DNA of 64,000 nucleotides from Octopus sinensis (lineage: Eukaryota), in the NCBI RefSeq assembly GCF_006345805.1, contig NC_043005.1:67642001-67706000 (forward strand), in the 5' to 3' direction. The first letter of the stretch is position 1, and every line of letters begins with the position of its first letter. The position numbers and the translations under genes are program-made. Shown here piece by piece: positions 41,104 to 54,782 of the stretch. Below the pieces are notes generated by a model. It made no database searches. It saw only the letters and a program-made list of their open reading frames with translations, and was not told where the DNA came from.

Positions 41104-41269
41104 AGGAGTGGCTGTGAGGTAAGTAGCATGCTTACGAACCACATGGTTCCGGGTTTAGTCCCACTGAATGGCACCTTAGGCAAGTGTCTTCTACAATAGC
41201 CTCGGGCCGACCAAAGCCTTGTAAGCGGATTTGGTAGACGGAAGCAGAAAAAAGCCTGTCGTATATATG

Positions 41270-41301
<32 letters not shown>

Positions 41302-41538
41302 TATATGCACGTGTGTGTGTACGTTTATGTGTGTGTGTTTGTGCCCCCCCCCCCACATCATTTGACAACTTATGCTGGTGTGTTTACGTCCCCGTAACTT
41401 AGCGGTTCGGCAAAAGTGACCGATAGAATAAGTACTAGGCTTACAAAGAATAAGTCCTGGGGTGGATTTGCTCGACTAAAGGCGGTGTTCCAGCATGGCC
41501 ACAGTCAAATGACTGAAACAAATAAAAGAGTAAAAGAG
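41104..41538 (+). mobile_element. SINE family B, full length
   Basis: A-box-like tggctgtgaggtaa, B-box-like gggtttagtccc, internal (TA)/(GT) tract, (GAGTAAAA)n tail. Confidence 0.9.
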
Positions 41539-42110
41539 TGTTATAATAATAACATATCTAAGAATACTTTTCAACATACCAATATGATTTATAATCCTTA
41601 TTTCATGTTATCTTATTTAGATATATTCTTATTTTTATACCTGTTAAGTATTGGCCACCCTTATCTTTCCTTCTTATAGGTACCACCTCTTCCCCATCAA
41701 TCATTCTCTTACTAGCAGCTATACGATATATCCTCTTATGTAGATAAAGCTAGATAAATGGTTCTAGTACAATGAGGGTCTAGTGGATTGTCTGACATCA
41801 ATTGATTTATCACTGTCAACTAGAATACAGCTGACAACTCCCAATGGATTTAATTCTAAGTGGTTGAAGACTACATGCTACATAGTATATTCTAAATTAT
41901 AAGTAATTACGTCACCACTCCTTTGTATTGACACCCCACTATGTTCCTCTTCTACTTTCTAAATCATATTAGGCTTAGTAAGATATGCATTATTTTCTAA
42001 ACTCATTCTGCCACAGATATAACACAAGGAAACAATGTAATTATTTTGATTTCTATTATTGATGTAAATTTGTTAAAAATGTTTTATCTTTTATGTTTGA
42101 AATCTATATA

Positions 42111-42201
42111 GTCATCTGAAGAGAGCGGTTTCTTTCAGATTGATGCAATGGTTTCGTTAATCAATTAAATAGAGCCGCTTGAAACGGCCGCAATGTATTG
42201 A
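42111..42201 (+). ncRNA. Degenerate minimal type-I hammerhead-like motif
   Basis: CTGAAGA 42116-22; stem II gagcgg/ccgctt; GAAAC; palindromic CGGCCG; cleavage triplet GCA instead of GUH. Confidence 0.45.
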
Positions 42202-42587
42202 CACCTGTACATCTCTGCTATTTATTTACATTCTATTCACCTAACTTGGAATCTGCACTTCAGAAACGATATAAAAAGTAGCTTTATAAAGAATACATGA
42301 CTGAATTACCAAGAGCCGATATCTTCACTTAGCTGGGTTGCGCTGTCTGCAAACACGACAGGAATATTAGGTACAAACACCCCCACATGGGGTCTTGATA
42401 TTCAATATTCAAATTATATAGTGCGCGAACTATATTGAACTGGCAAAGTACCTCAATTTAAGTACCTAATTCAACAGAATTTTAATTATATTTTATACAT
42501 ATATAAATTAGAAACATTGACACATCATATATATGTGTGTGAGTGTGTGTGTATGTATGTATGTATGTATGTATGTATGTATGTATG

Positions 42588-42627
<40 letters not shown>

Positions 42628-43482
42628 TGTTTACAATTATGAATAAATCACAATTATAACGGAGAGGGTTGCAAAACCCTTACATGTTTAGAAATAGCAG
42701 TCTAAAACCACTATAAAGCCATTGTTATCACTCTATTTTATCTCCTCGCAATAAAACTGTCTACGAGCAACATGACATATAAAATCCACAATTTAAAAAC
42801 AAAAGGTTAATTATTTATTGCAATTTCGAAGTTAGGAACCTATTATAACATATTATATACCGTATCGTAAAATAACGGATATAAACAAAATAATGAGATT
42901 TATTCATAATAATTATAAACACTTTTTTAATGTAATTTACCATTACACGTTTGGTCAATGGTATATTCATAAATAGTTGCTAATTGTTTATGATATTTCC
43001 TTCGCAATGTATTTTTACATTCCTATATATATATATATCTATATCCTCTTCCGTTCTCTTTCTTTTTCTTCCTACAAAAACTTTATTTCTGTTCACACAT
43101 TTAAACTAATGTTAAGATATACCTTAATATTCCACAAATATACACGATTACGCCACAACTACTTTGCAACCATATTGCCTCGTCCACATGGGGAACTAAA
43201 AATTACATAATAAGTATTGGAAAAACTCATGAACTTTACAGCTTCGTGAAGGCGGTTAAAGCTAAAGTTGGAAGTGACTATCAATATTTTGTTTGTAAAA
43301 ATATAATATATGATTTTCTATTTAACGATAATGAATGATATTCTAGCCAATGTTTGATTGCTTTTTGACATGTTGCTATATATGAAAACAAACGTTCATA
43401 TATTATAAGTATTTATATGTACGTATGTATGTATGTAATGTATGTATGTATGTATGTATGTATGTATGTATGTATGTATAGT

Positions 43483-43890
43483 CTTTACTCTCTTTTACTC
43501 TTTTACTTGTTTCCGTCATTTGACTGCGGCCATGCTGGAGCACCGCCTTTCGTCGAGTAAATCGACCCCAAGACTTATTCTTTGTAAGCCTAGTACTTAT
43601 TCTAACGGTCTCTTTTGCCGAACCCCTAGGTTACGGGAACGTAAACACACTAGCATCGGTTGTCAACCGATGTTGGGGGACAAACAGACACACAAACGTA
43701 TACAGACGCATATACATATATATACATATATATGATGGGCTTCTTTCAGTTTCTGTCTACCAAATCCACTCACAAGGCTTTGGTCGGCCCGAGGCTATAG
43801 TAGAAGACACTTTCCCAATGTGCCACGCAGTGGGACTGAACCCAGAACCGTGTGGTTCGTAAGCAAGCTACTTACCACACAGCCACTCCT
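43483..43890 (-). mobile_element. SINE family B, full length
   Basis: Reverse complement of 41104-41538; canonical-like B box gggttcagtccc. Confidence 0.9.
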
Positions 43891-44744
43891 ACGCCTATAT
43901 ATGTACATATGATATTAATGAGAACGGTACGACATAAGAAAACTATCTTGTCACCTTACTATGCAACTAAGATATTTTGCGCGCCAGCCACAGAGATACT
44001 ACTAGGTCATTCGACCTAGAAGAGATAACCGAACCCCTCTTAAAGCACACCTTACCGCTTTAATAAAAGAAGGGCACATTACTCAATGTATTCGTTGCTA
44101 GATATGCATAAATATGAAATGATCACGAATAGAAGAAATTTGAAGATATGTTTGACCAATCAGAGATGATTTGGATTTAAGCAACAAGAAGCAATATTAT
44201 CGAAATATGCATTTGAAGACAATTCCTTTTACTTACATAACTCATAAGGACGGTATAAGAATTTCGCAGTGCCTTCGCTACACTGCTATAAAATCGATAA
44301 ATTTTGCTTTAATAGGAACTTAACATGAGCAATGGGATTTACATAAATATAATTTATTACAGTTTCTTCCAAAATAAGTACATGGTCTTGTAGCTAAGAA
44401 AATCAATCAACAAAATCAGACATCCTTAGATTGGAACCAGTACAAGTAGCCAGTTTGAAAAGTGGTTCTATGATTTCGTTAATTCTCTTTATCTCATCTG
44501 TCTCTCAAACAGTTTATCACTTTTAATTAACTTTAATTAACAATTTACTAAACTGTTTGTCAGTTTTAATTAACTAAAATACAATACAATTAGCCGTAGC
44601 TGTGTAATGTTTGAGGTAAGACACAAGATATAAGAAGAGTGTTTTAATTAGAAACTGAATACACTCTCTTCTTCAATCATCCATTTTCCTTTTTAAATAA
44701 ACTCAATTATGCTCTCTCCTTTTCTCTGCCTCTCTTCCTCTCTT

Positions 44745-44799
<55 letters not shown>

Positions 44800-44863
44800 G
44801 CATACATACATATATACATGCATACACAGACAAACAGACAGACGGAAAGAGAGAGAGACAGAC

Positions 44864-44898
<35 letters not shown>

Positions 44899-45114
44899 CA
44901 GAGAGAGAGAGATAGTTAAATAGATAAATAGACAGATAGATACGCACACAAATATGTGCCCGCATATGGGCATATGGGCATATGGGCATATGAACGTGAA
45001 AATTATAAAATGCAAAAACTTATTTCCACATTGTGTCCCCTTACAATAATCCTTCGTTTGACATTTCGTTTGTATGTATGTTTGTATATATATAAATATG
45101 TATATTTAAGGTTT

Positions 45115-45197
45115 GAGGTTCTGATGAAGCTATTAAGTTTTACTCAGACACTCAACTATGAGTTCACCGCATCCTATAGCGGAAACAGCTGTGAGCT
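45115..45197 (+). ncRNA. Degenerate minimal type-I hammerhead-like motif
   Basis: CTGATGA(A) 45121-28; stem II GCTAT/ATAGC; GAAAC; palindrome ACAGCTGT; position 17 is G. Confidence 0.5.
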
Positions 45198-45329
45198 GAT
45201 GAAGTTCATTATTGTTTATTTCTTTGTCATCTCTTATATAAATATTTATTTAGATAGATAGATATATGCGTGTGTGTGTGTGCGTGTGTGTGTATACATG
45301 TGTTTACGTATGTATGTATGTGCACATAC

Positions 45330-46510
45330 ATGAAAGACACCCTTATAATCATTAAAATTTATTTAAACCTGAAATTATACATTCAAATTATTTGTTAGTT
45401 GTTATAATATGAACATTTAATATTTAGTAGACATGCTCTTTGCAATTTTCAATGCAAGGGTCCTATTTGGCATGTTACTAATCAGATGGTGAATATTCTC
45501 TTACGGAATTTCTTGCTAAGTTTCAAGCATTAATCTCAAAAGATCTGGAGTGAAAGATGCTTTCTTGTTCTGTTTATGAAATGCCCTGTCCAATATGCCC
45601 CAGAGGTGTTCAATGGGGTTCATATCTGGTGACTGGCTTGGCTATAGAAGCTTTCTAATGCCATTCGTTTCCAACAAATCTTGGGTCATTTTAACCGTGT
45701 GACAAGGAATCCCGTCTTCTATAAATTGAAAAGTTTAGATGGAGTCCTTTCTGCAATATGGACACATATTTATTAGAGTTTATCTTTCCCTCACACTCCA
45801 CCACCTATGATCAACCATTGCTCCAAATTGTTCCCCCATCACAGAATAGCTGCTGTGTTTCATTGCTGGCTGCAATCTTTTAACATCAAATTCTTGATCA
45901 CAGAGTCGCCAGACCCACACTCGAACACTGTTAGGAAATACAGCAAATCTGGACTCATCAGAGAATATGACAGTGTCCCAAAATGCTAATGGCCTCTCCA
46001 CCATCTCACATTTCTCCGCTTCACATTGGCTGGTCAAAGATGTGGCTTAAGTCTTCCTGTGCTGCCATAGTAACCAAGATTGTGGAGATACCTGACAGCT
46101 GTTCTAGGACTGACATCAACTTGCTCTGCTGTCAGAGGTCTTGCAACGAGGATTATCCTCCACACTTCTCTTAGCAAAGAGAAGAGTCTTGTCAGAGGGC
46201 CCTGGTTAATTTGGACAAGGTGATGTGGACTCCTTCCCTTCTCTGGTGAATCGCACAATCACTCTATTAACTGTAGAAAGCGGGATCCAAAGATTTTCTA
46301 CGATTTTACGCTGACTATATCCATCTTCAAAATGACCCACAATACGGCGTCTTTGAAATCCAGACAGTTCTTTTGTACATGGCATGATTAAACAGCCACA
46401 TATAGAATCTGTAACATAAAAATGTCAATTAATAAGAAATATAAGCTTTTACAAGTTAGAATAAACAGAAAACGATGTTTTATGGGGCGTCTATTTACTT
46501 ATAACATCTG
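45330..46510 (-). mobile_element. Tc1 (DD34E) transposon, decayed
   Basis: Minus strand VIFSDESRF...EDGIPCH...*PSQSPDMNPIEHLW (34 residues between D and E); degenerate TIR similarity gacacccttataa / gacgccccataaa. Confidence 0.85.
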
Positions 46511-46518
46511 TATGTATG

Positions 46519-46549
<31 letters not shown>

Positions 46550-46550
46550 G

Positions 46551-46581
<31 letters not shown>

Positions 46582-46639
46582 CTCTAATCTAGTAAAAAAC
46601 AAATGTATTTTAATATAATTTGTGTACATGTTATCGATA

Positions 46640-47325
46640 ATCTTTCTTATTAGATTATACTATGGATCTGCCTTTAGCTTTGATGATTGTTTCAAAGACT
46701 GGAAGCCTTGATATGTCTGCACTGAATAGTCATTATTCATTTCGAGCTTCATCTGGATAATGGAGACCTTCAGTGCTGCTATGATATTGTGAAGATGTCG
46801 ATTAGTTCCCCTTTCAACAACGTTCTTCTTATATTCATCCATGGAATTTAAATCCAGGGATTTCAGAGGCCACACGTTTAGCGTCACATGATCCTGAACA
46901 TTGTCTGACATCAATTCTTGTGTTATGTAGGCCTTGTGTGAAGGTTCTGAGTGCTACTGAAATACATATGTCCTTCCACTACGTACATCATTCATCCAGG
47001 GCCTAAGAATTGCTTCCTGCTCCACAACATATCCAACTGCATTAATTCTAAAATCCCGTAGAAAGATATGAGGCGGTATGAAATAACTTTCGTTGATCAC
47101 ATTTCCTAAAGCCGTCACAGTGCGTCACTCTGGGAACCTCAGAAAGATGTGCACATAACCATCTGCCAATCCTTCTGTTAGACTTTTGATCTTGACTGAA
47201 GTATTTTGTCTCATGAGAGGGTTTAGTAACGGCATGGCAAGGGTCAAACAGGTTCCCTATGTTTTTTTCAGACGTGAACTGGCCTCTTCTTAGTATATAC
47301 AATACGTAGCGAATGACCTCGTGCA
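46640..47325 (-). mobile_element. maT-type transposase fragment, decayed
   Basis: VHEVIRY..ILRRGQF, FSQDQKSNRR, VWPLKSLDLNSMD..NVVERGTNRH; homologous to 5615-6480. Confidence 0.8.
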
Positions 47326-47476
47326 TAATTAATTGAACCTCCTGTATTTTCTTTTTCCCAAAGCCAGGAACTTTTCAGCACCTCTCGATGGTAAGATTAT
47401 AAAAAAAAAATACTCCATTTGGTGGGAGATAAATACTATTTAATAAATACAATATATATTTTTATGAGATATTATT

Positions 47477-48404
47477 AGTCTGTTCAGCTCCTGCTCGAGG
47501 GACAGGCTGCTGGAGACCGTCGATCCCAGGTAAGTGAACTCGTTCACCACCTGCAAGCTGTGGTCGCCGACACTGATGCTGGGGACCCCTCCGACGTCCT
47601 GGCCCATGATCTCTGTCTTTTTCAGGCTGATGGTAAGGCCGAACTCTTGGCAGGCATCCGCCAGGGAGCTGACCAGCCTCTGGAGACCCGGTTGGTTGTG
47701 TGATGTTAGGGCGGCATCGTCAGCAAAGAAGATCTCTCTGATCAGCACCTGACGGACTTTGGTCTTAGCTCTGAGGCGCGCAAGATTGAACAATCCACCA
47801 TCAGCCCTGGTGTGGAGGAACACTCCGTCGTCGGACGTTCTGAAGGCATAGGACAGGACAAGGGAGAAGAAAATTCCGAAGAGCGTCGGCGCCAGAACGC
47901 AACCCTGTTTCACTCCACTCTGGATGGGGAATGACTCCGAGGGCGATCCGTCAAACTGCACTGTTCCCTGCATACCGTCGTGAAAGGAGGTGATGAGTTT
48001 CAGCAGTCTGGGAGGGCAACCTATCCTACCCAGGAGCGCAAACAGCCCCTCCCTGCTGACTGAGTCGAACGCCTTAGCCAGGTCGATGAAGGCCACGTAT
48101 AGGGGCTGTCTCTGTTCTCGACTCTTTTCTTGAAGCTGCCTGAGTGAGAAGATCATGTCAATTGTAGACCTCTCTGCCCTAAAGCCAGACTGAGCCTCGG
48201 GGTACACACGCTCTGCAAGTATTTGCAACCTCTTCAGGACCACCCTGGCAAATGCCTTACCGACAGTGCTGAGCAGTGATATGCCCCTGTAATTTTTGCA
48301 GTCGCTTCTGTCCCCTTTGTTTTTATACAGTGTGATGATGTTTGCGTCACGCATATCCTTAGGGACAGAGCCCTCCTCCCAGCACTGACAGAGCAGCTCG
48401 TGGA
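47477..48404 (-). mobile_element. RTE-clade LINE reverse-transcriptase fragment, open frame of ~309 codons
   Basis: KGDRSDCKNYRGISLLS, QSGFRAERSTIDM, FIDLAKAFDSV, GVKQGCVLAP, FADD, FTYLGS all intact; truncated at both ends. Confidence 0.95.
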
Positions 48405-49723
48405 TATAAATATATATGTATATATATGAGCAAGTGTGTTGGAGCATTTTAGAACGGTTGTGAATTGAGTGGCAATTGTCGGGTACTTCTAGCCTGATGA
48501 CTGACTATGTCGCACAGTACTTCTCAAACAATTTTAACTATCACATAAAACTACTGTCAACAGGTTGTTCTCCACAATAAACTACTTGCACAAAAGGCAT
48601 TTTATCAACATAATATGGAATATCAAAACATTTCGATCAGGAATATTATTAGATGATAGACACTCAGAATAAACATTTAAAGTATTTTTTCAAAATTAGG
48701 ACAATTAAATGATGTATCGGTTGCCCCTTGCCACCCTCGTTGTCGCCAGTAGCCATATAAATTTGAGAAACACTCGTTTTATTGCTATTTATGTAAATTT
48801 ATCATTGTTATATAATACTATATATTTTTTAATAGATTTTGCATATATTTTTATCGATTCAAAATACAGACAGTATTAGCGTTAAAACAATTATTGTTTT
48901 ATTGTAAAATTTAAATATTTTGAAAATATTTTGAAAATACCCATTGCAGTCCTTCACGTCTGAATGGTTAATTGTATGATACAAAGTATTAATGCATATA
49001 GTTAGAATAAATAATCTGATGAATAACTAGATGAAGAGAAACAGACATTGAACTCGTTCATAAATATACTCTCAAGTTCATACAAATCTAAAGAGAAGAG
49101 TAATAAGTGGTCGATATTATTGTATGTATGTTATATATAATTATATAATGTGCTTAAGAGAGATAATTCTGTAATAGCTTTATATATTTTCATTACAAGA
49201 TATAATTATTCTACGGGCGAATAGGTTTTTGGAGACATTGAGCATGATAGACTGTAATTATTATAGATTTATATCTATAATACTGTATACATATCTGATG
49301 AATTAATGCTAGTTCCCAGGAGGGAAAACGCCGGTAGTTTAATAACAAAGTGCTACACCACTAAACATTCAGATAACGTGTTCGAAATCTGCATTTATAA
49401 ACATATTCAGAGGAAACTGGTCTTGTGAAGTTCGCAAATTTGGACAGATTTGTATATAGCAGAGTGAAGAGAATATTGATGTTAGGAGTATGACCCTTCA
49501 TTTATGCTTCCTCCCTTAATGAAATCTTAGATGAACCGATAATTAAACTTCAGTTGTAGCTAACTGCAAATGTGTCAACTATTCAGTGAGAGGTTTATAT
49601 TTGCATGATACTGATTGTGATGTGGTGTCTCCGTAACTTTTGGTCCAGAAACATCAGAAGATTATATCTATGTAACACGAAGTCTAGCTAACATCAGAAA
49701 GACACAACTAATGATGGAAGACA

Positions 49724-50170
49724 AGGTGTCAAACTGGCAGAATCGTTACCACGCCAAACAAAATGCTTAGCGGCATTTCGTCCAAAAGGCGGCAAGCTGG
49801 CAGAATCGTTAGCACGCCGGGCGAAATGCTTAGCAGTATTTCGTCTGCCGCTACGTTCTGTGTTCAAATTCCGCCGAGGTCGACTTTTCCTTTCATCCTT
49901 TCGGGTTCAATTAAATAAGTACCAGTTACGCACTGGGGTCGATATAATCGACTTAATCCGTTTGACTGTCCTTCTTTGTCCTCTCTGTGTTTAGCTCCTT
50001 GTGGGTAGTAAAGAAACAGGTATTTCGTTCAACTTTACGTGCTGAGTTCAAATTCCTCCGAGGTCGACTTTGCTTTTCATCATTCTGGGTCGATAAATAA
50101 GCACCAGTTGAGCACTGGTAATATACTTACCCACTATCCCAAACATTAGTGACCTTGTGCTAAAATTTCA
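49724..50170 (+). mobile_element. SINE family A tandem composite with duplicated head
   Basis: Two successive tggcagaatcgtta heads, then two B-box units joined by the same module as at 27.3 kb. Confidence 0.88.
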
Positions 50171-50297
50171 AAGCAAAATTAATGATAGATGTTCATAGTA
50201 CACTTGATAGGTGAGTGTCATTGACTTTTTTCAACACACACACACACATACATACATAAAAGCATACATATATACATACATACATATATATAAGCAT

Positions 50298-50384
<87 letters not shown>

Positions 50385-50410
50385 TGTACGTATGTATGTG
50401 TGTGTATATG

Positions 50411-50626
50411 TTTGTGTGTCTGTGTTTGTCCCCCCAACATCGCTTGACAACCTATGCTGGTGTGTTTACGTCACGGTAACTTAGCGATTCGGCAAAAGAG
50501 ACCGATAGAAAAAGTACTAGGCTTACAACGAATAAGTCCTGGGGTCGATTTGCTCAACTAAAGGCGGTGCTCCAGCATGGCCGCAGTCACTTGACTGAAA
50601 GAAGTAAAAGTGTAAAAGAGTAAAAA
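50411..50626 (+). mobile_element. SINE family B, 3' half
   Basis: Matches the family B 3' half. Confidence 0.85.
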
Positions 50627-50645
50627 ACATACATACATACATACA

Positions 50646-50678
<33 letters not shown>

Positions 50679-51607
50679 TCCAAAGTATGTACATCTGTCT
50701 CTTAGTATGTTCTACTCCGCACATATACGAATTTCTCCATGCTGCAAGGGTGCAGGATTTATTAGAGTTTTGAGACAGGCAGACCACTACGACAGGATGA
50801 TTCGAATATATGTTTATGGCATAGTACTGTGCTTCGGGAGTACTCAACTTCACTCTCACATGTAAATAGATACTACTAACATTATCCCCACCATCACCAC
50901 CTACAACAATGACAACGACATTACCACCATTATTTTATTATCAAGACAACTAGAAAAACTCAACATCGCGGAAAACAAATAACATATTTCTTTGAGATCA
51001 CATTTTACCTACTCAAATGAGTTGGACATATTGTCTAGTTTGGTCTAAGATAAAATTACTCGACTGTAAATTGTATAGACATGGATGAAATTTTGTTATC
51101 AGCGAGTAAAGTGTGCCAATAATTATAACGTTGTTTTGGTTACCTATCATCGTTATCATTGTGAATAATGTCGGGCTTAAAACATTTTGAGAACCTCGAG
51201 TAAAGCAGTCTTATAACGTTAATGTAAGTTGATCAGGCGTTTATAGAGAGGAGGTCGATCTATACTGATCCAGAATTGCGCCGAAGCAAACCAAGTGAAC
51301 AGAATATACGAAATTGACACGCGAACACAAATCTGCAGTGATGCACTGGCAAACTCAGTACTCTCATAAAGGTCGCAAAATCTCTTGATAATGTTGCTGG
51401 TGCTGGTGCTGGTGTTATTTTTTTTTTTAGCACCCAGATCGGTTTTTTTATCAATCAAACAGGTCTATGGTGCACAAGTTGTTGTCCAGACATCACATGA
51501 TTTATTTTGCAAGACGTATCATGCCATTGCTCAGCTGAAGGGAATACTCTATGCCCCGTCATCCATTAGTTAATCGTATAAGTTTTCTGGTATCAGCCGA
51601 GACACGT

Positions 51608-51659
<52 letters not shown>

Positions 51660-52010
51660 CTCTCTCTCTTTCTCACTCCCTCTCTCTCTCTCTTTATCCT
51701 CTGTACAGTCTACTTCTGTACCTGTTGTTGATGTTTTACCCAAGGTTATCCCTCATAGAATTGGCTTATGATTAAAGGTATCCAAGCTGTGACCACTTTG
51801 TCTCTTTGCATATGGTGGACGATATTGTCCAATCTGTAAGTTAGTTGTGTGATTCGAGGATGAGCTGTTTCCTATTGAGCGTCAACGTAGAGGTTCCCTA
51901 GTTTGTTCTAGGCATCTGTACATACCCATGCTCCAGACTGAAGGCGGGTGATGTGAACTCACCTGAGTGCGACAGTTATTGTTAGTGGTAATAGTGTTGT
52001 CGATGGATAC

Positions 52011-52231
52011 TCTTTTACTTGCTTCAGTCATTTGACTGCGGCCACGCTGGAGCACCGCCTTTAGACGAGCAAATCGACCCCAGAACTTATTCTTTGTAAG
52101 CCTAGTACTTATTCTATCGGTCTCTTTTGCCGAATCGCTAAATTACGGGGACGGAAACACACCAACATCGGTTGTCAAGCGATGTTGGGTGACAAACACA
52201 GACACACAAACATACACGCACGCACACACAA

Positions 52232-52304
<73 letters not shown>

Positions 52305-52825
52305 AAGGCGCATGGCTCAGTGGTTAGAGCATCGAGCTTACGATCGTGTGGTTGTGAGCTCGAATCCCGGACCGGGCTGCGTGTTGTGTTCTTGAGCAAG
52401 GCACTTTATTTCACGTTGCTCCAGTTCACTCAGCTGTAGAAATGAGTTGCGACGTCACTGGTGCCAAGCTGTATCGACCTTTGTCTTTCCCTTGGATAAC
52501 ACTGGTGGTGTGGAGAGGGGAGGCTGGTATGCATGGGCGACTGCTGGTCTTCCATAAAAACAACCTTGCCCAGACTTGTGTCTAGGAGGGTAACTTTCTA
52601 GGTGCAATCCCATGGTCATTCATGACCGAAGGGGGTCTTTAAATTTAAATATATATATACTTATATACGACGGGCTTCTTTCAGTTTCCGTCTACCAAAT
52701 CCACTCTCAAGGCTTTGGTCGGCCTGAGGCTATGGTAGAACACACTTGCCCGAGGTGCTACGCAGTGGGAATGAACCCAGAACCACGTGGTTGGTAAGCA
52801 AGCTATTTACCACACAGCCACTCCT
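52011..52825 (-). mobile_element. SINE family B carrying a nested family C SINE
   Basis: 3' half 52011-52210 and 5' half 52668-52825 flank the insert. Confidence 0.88.
52301..52641 (+). mobile_element. SINE family C (tRNA-derived)
   Basis: A box TGGCTCAGTGG, B box GCTCGAATCC (one mismatch), sits within (TA)n. Confidence 0.9.
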
Positions 52826-53700
52826 ACAAAATAGAGTAAAATCAGAGAATTATGAAACTTTCTGAAGTTACTCCAACAAAACTGCAACAAATAAAGTTTG
52901 GCGACGTATGTTGAAAGATGAACCTTAAAACATTTGAAATCTAGCCGAGGTCCATTTTGAAACTACAATGATGTAACAAAGGAGCCCAGACGACTATTAA
53001 CATCTTGCAAATTATTTTCTTCAAATAATTAAGGTTAAAAATAGTTCCCATACTGGTTCTATGTGCTATGAAGTATGGGACTAATAAGTTTCAAAGTATT
53101 ATACATTTGTTTTCTCCGATTGCTGCTAGAATGTTCTATTTATAACCTCTACATCTCCACAAAATAAATATCTTTCTTTAATTTCTTACATTGGCTCAAT
53201 ACCAGGAATTTATTGGGAAACGAGAATAATCAAATCTCAGTACATTGTTGGCACCTATTCTTTCAACTTTAGAGAAAATTAAAGGAAAAGATGACCCAGA
53301 GTTTGATCTGAAGAGTTTGTCTCCTTTAGGAGACAAACTATGGTGATAAATCATTTATCTCATAACTTCATCGGTCAGTCTACTCCAGATTCATATATAT
53401 ATATATGAACATACATATGAACATATGTGCCTACTTACGTACACACGCGTTTATAAAATATTTAGATATATGATAGATATAGATACAAATATACACTTCT
53501 TTCATCAGCTCTCGACTAGAATGCCCAGCAATTTTCACGGTACCAAACAGGATTCCCGCTATCAAGGAAGGATGGCGTCCATACTATAGCAATCTGGGCA
53601 TAAGTATATCCACTCCAACCATCTCTCATTCCTCCATCTCCCTTTCTCCCTCTCTCTCTCTCTCTTTCGTATGTGTGTGTGTGTGGTGAGAGAGAGACAG

Positions 53701-53793
<93 letters not shown>

Positions 53794-53879
53794 TTGTTTA
53801 ATGTACATAGTGTATAGTTATGAGCTACTAATAGTTTCGTACATTAGCGATATTTTCTGGGCAACTTTTTAAAATACTC

Positions 53880-54130
53880 CTAGTGTCTCCAAGCAACCTT
53901 AAGGACAGTGCAGAGGATTCGGAAATAGTTGGATGAGTCTAATGATGATTACGAAGCTAAGGCAGCTTGGAAAACTCACTCTGATTGTTCTGATAAGAAA
54001 AGAACTCCTGATAGGTCCATCACCAGGGATATGGGAGTACCTAAGTTTCTTATCAGGCAGGTTGTGCATGAAGACATTTGGTGTTCCACATACAAGATGA
54101 AAGGGTCAATTTTTATCCCAACCCATTCAT
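53880..54130 (+). mobile_element. maT-type transposase N-terminal fragment
   Basis: DESNDDYE...DKKRTP.RSITRDMGV..FLIRQVVHEDI, homologous to the 46.6-47.3 kb element. Confidence 0.7.
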
Positions 54131-54185
54131 TATTGCAGACTGAATGATTTTTAACTTCCCGATCTTTATTTTCTTTTTCTTCTCT

Positions 54186-54221
<36 letters not shown>

Positions 54222-54222
54222 G

Positions 54223-54261
<39 letters not shown>

Positions 54262-54535
54262 AGATATATATGTTTAAATATATGCCCTATGTTTTTATAT
54301 GTTATGTGTTCGCATGCTTATAATAGCTTATATATTCCTTCTGTGTTTAGATATGTGTCGTCTTTGATAAGGAGTCTTTTTGGCCTTGGAACTTGTCTCA
54401 TTCATATTAATACTCTAATCTAATCGCTCGATAAATTGAGCCCTACGATGTTGTTTCTTGAAAAGAGTTCGCCTCTATAATTTTTCATTACCTATATATG
54501 CTTTGAGATAGATCGACACAGGAATATATATATGC

Positions 54536-54603
<68 letters not shown>

Positions 54604-54717
54604 ATATATTTATATATATAATATATATATATATAGAATATATATATATATATATATAGAATAATATATAATATATATATAGAGATAGAGAGAGAGGAGA
54701 TAGATAATAGATAGATA

Positions 54718-54782
<65 letters not shown>

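Noticed and set aside
47320-47392. Continuation of the maT transposase
   Set aside because: Looks instead like a separate short mariner-type terminal sequence; too short to classify
51219-51458. 79-aa minus-strand ORF as a host exon
   Set aside because: No recognisable domain or convincing splice context
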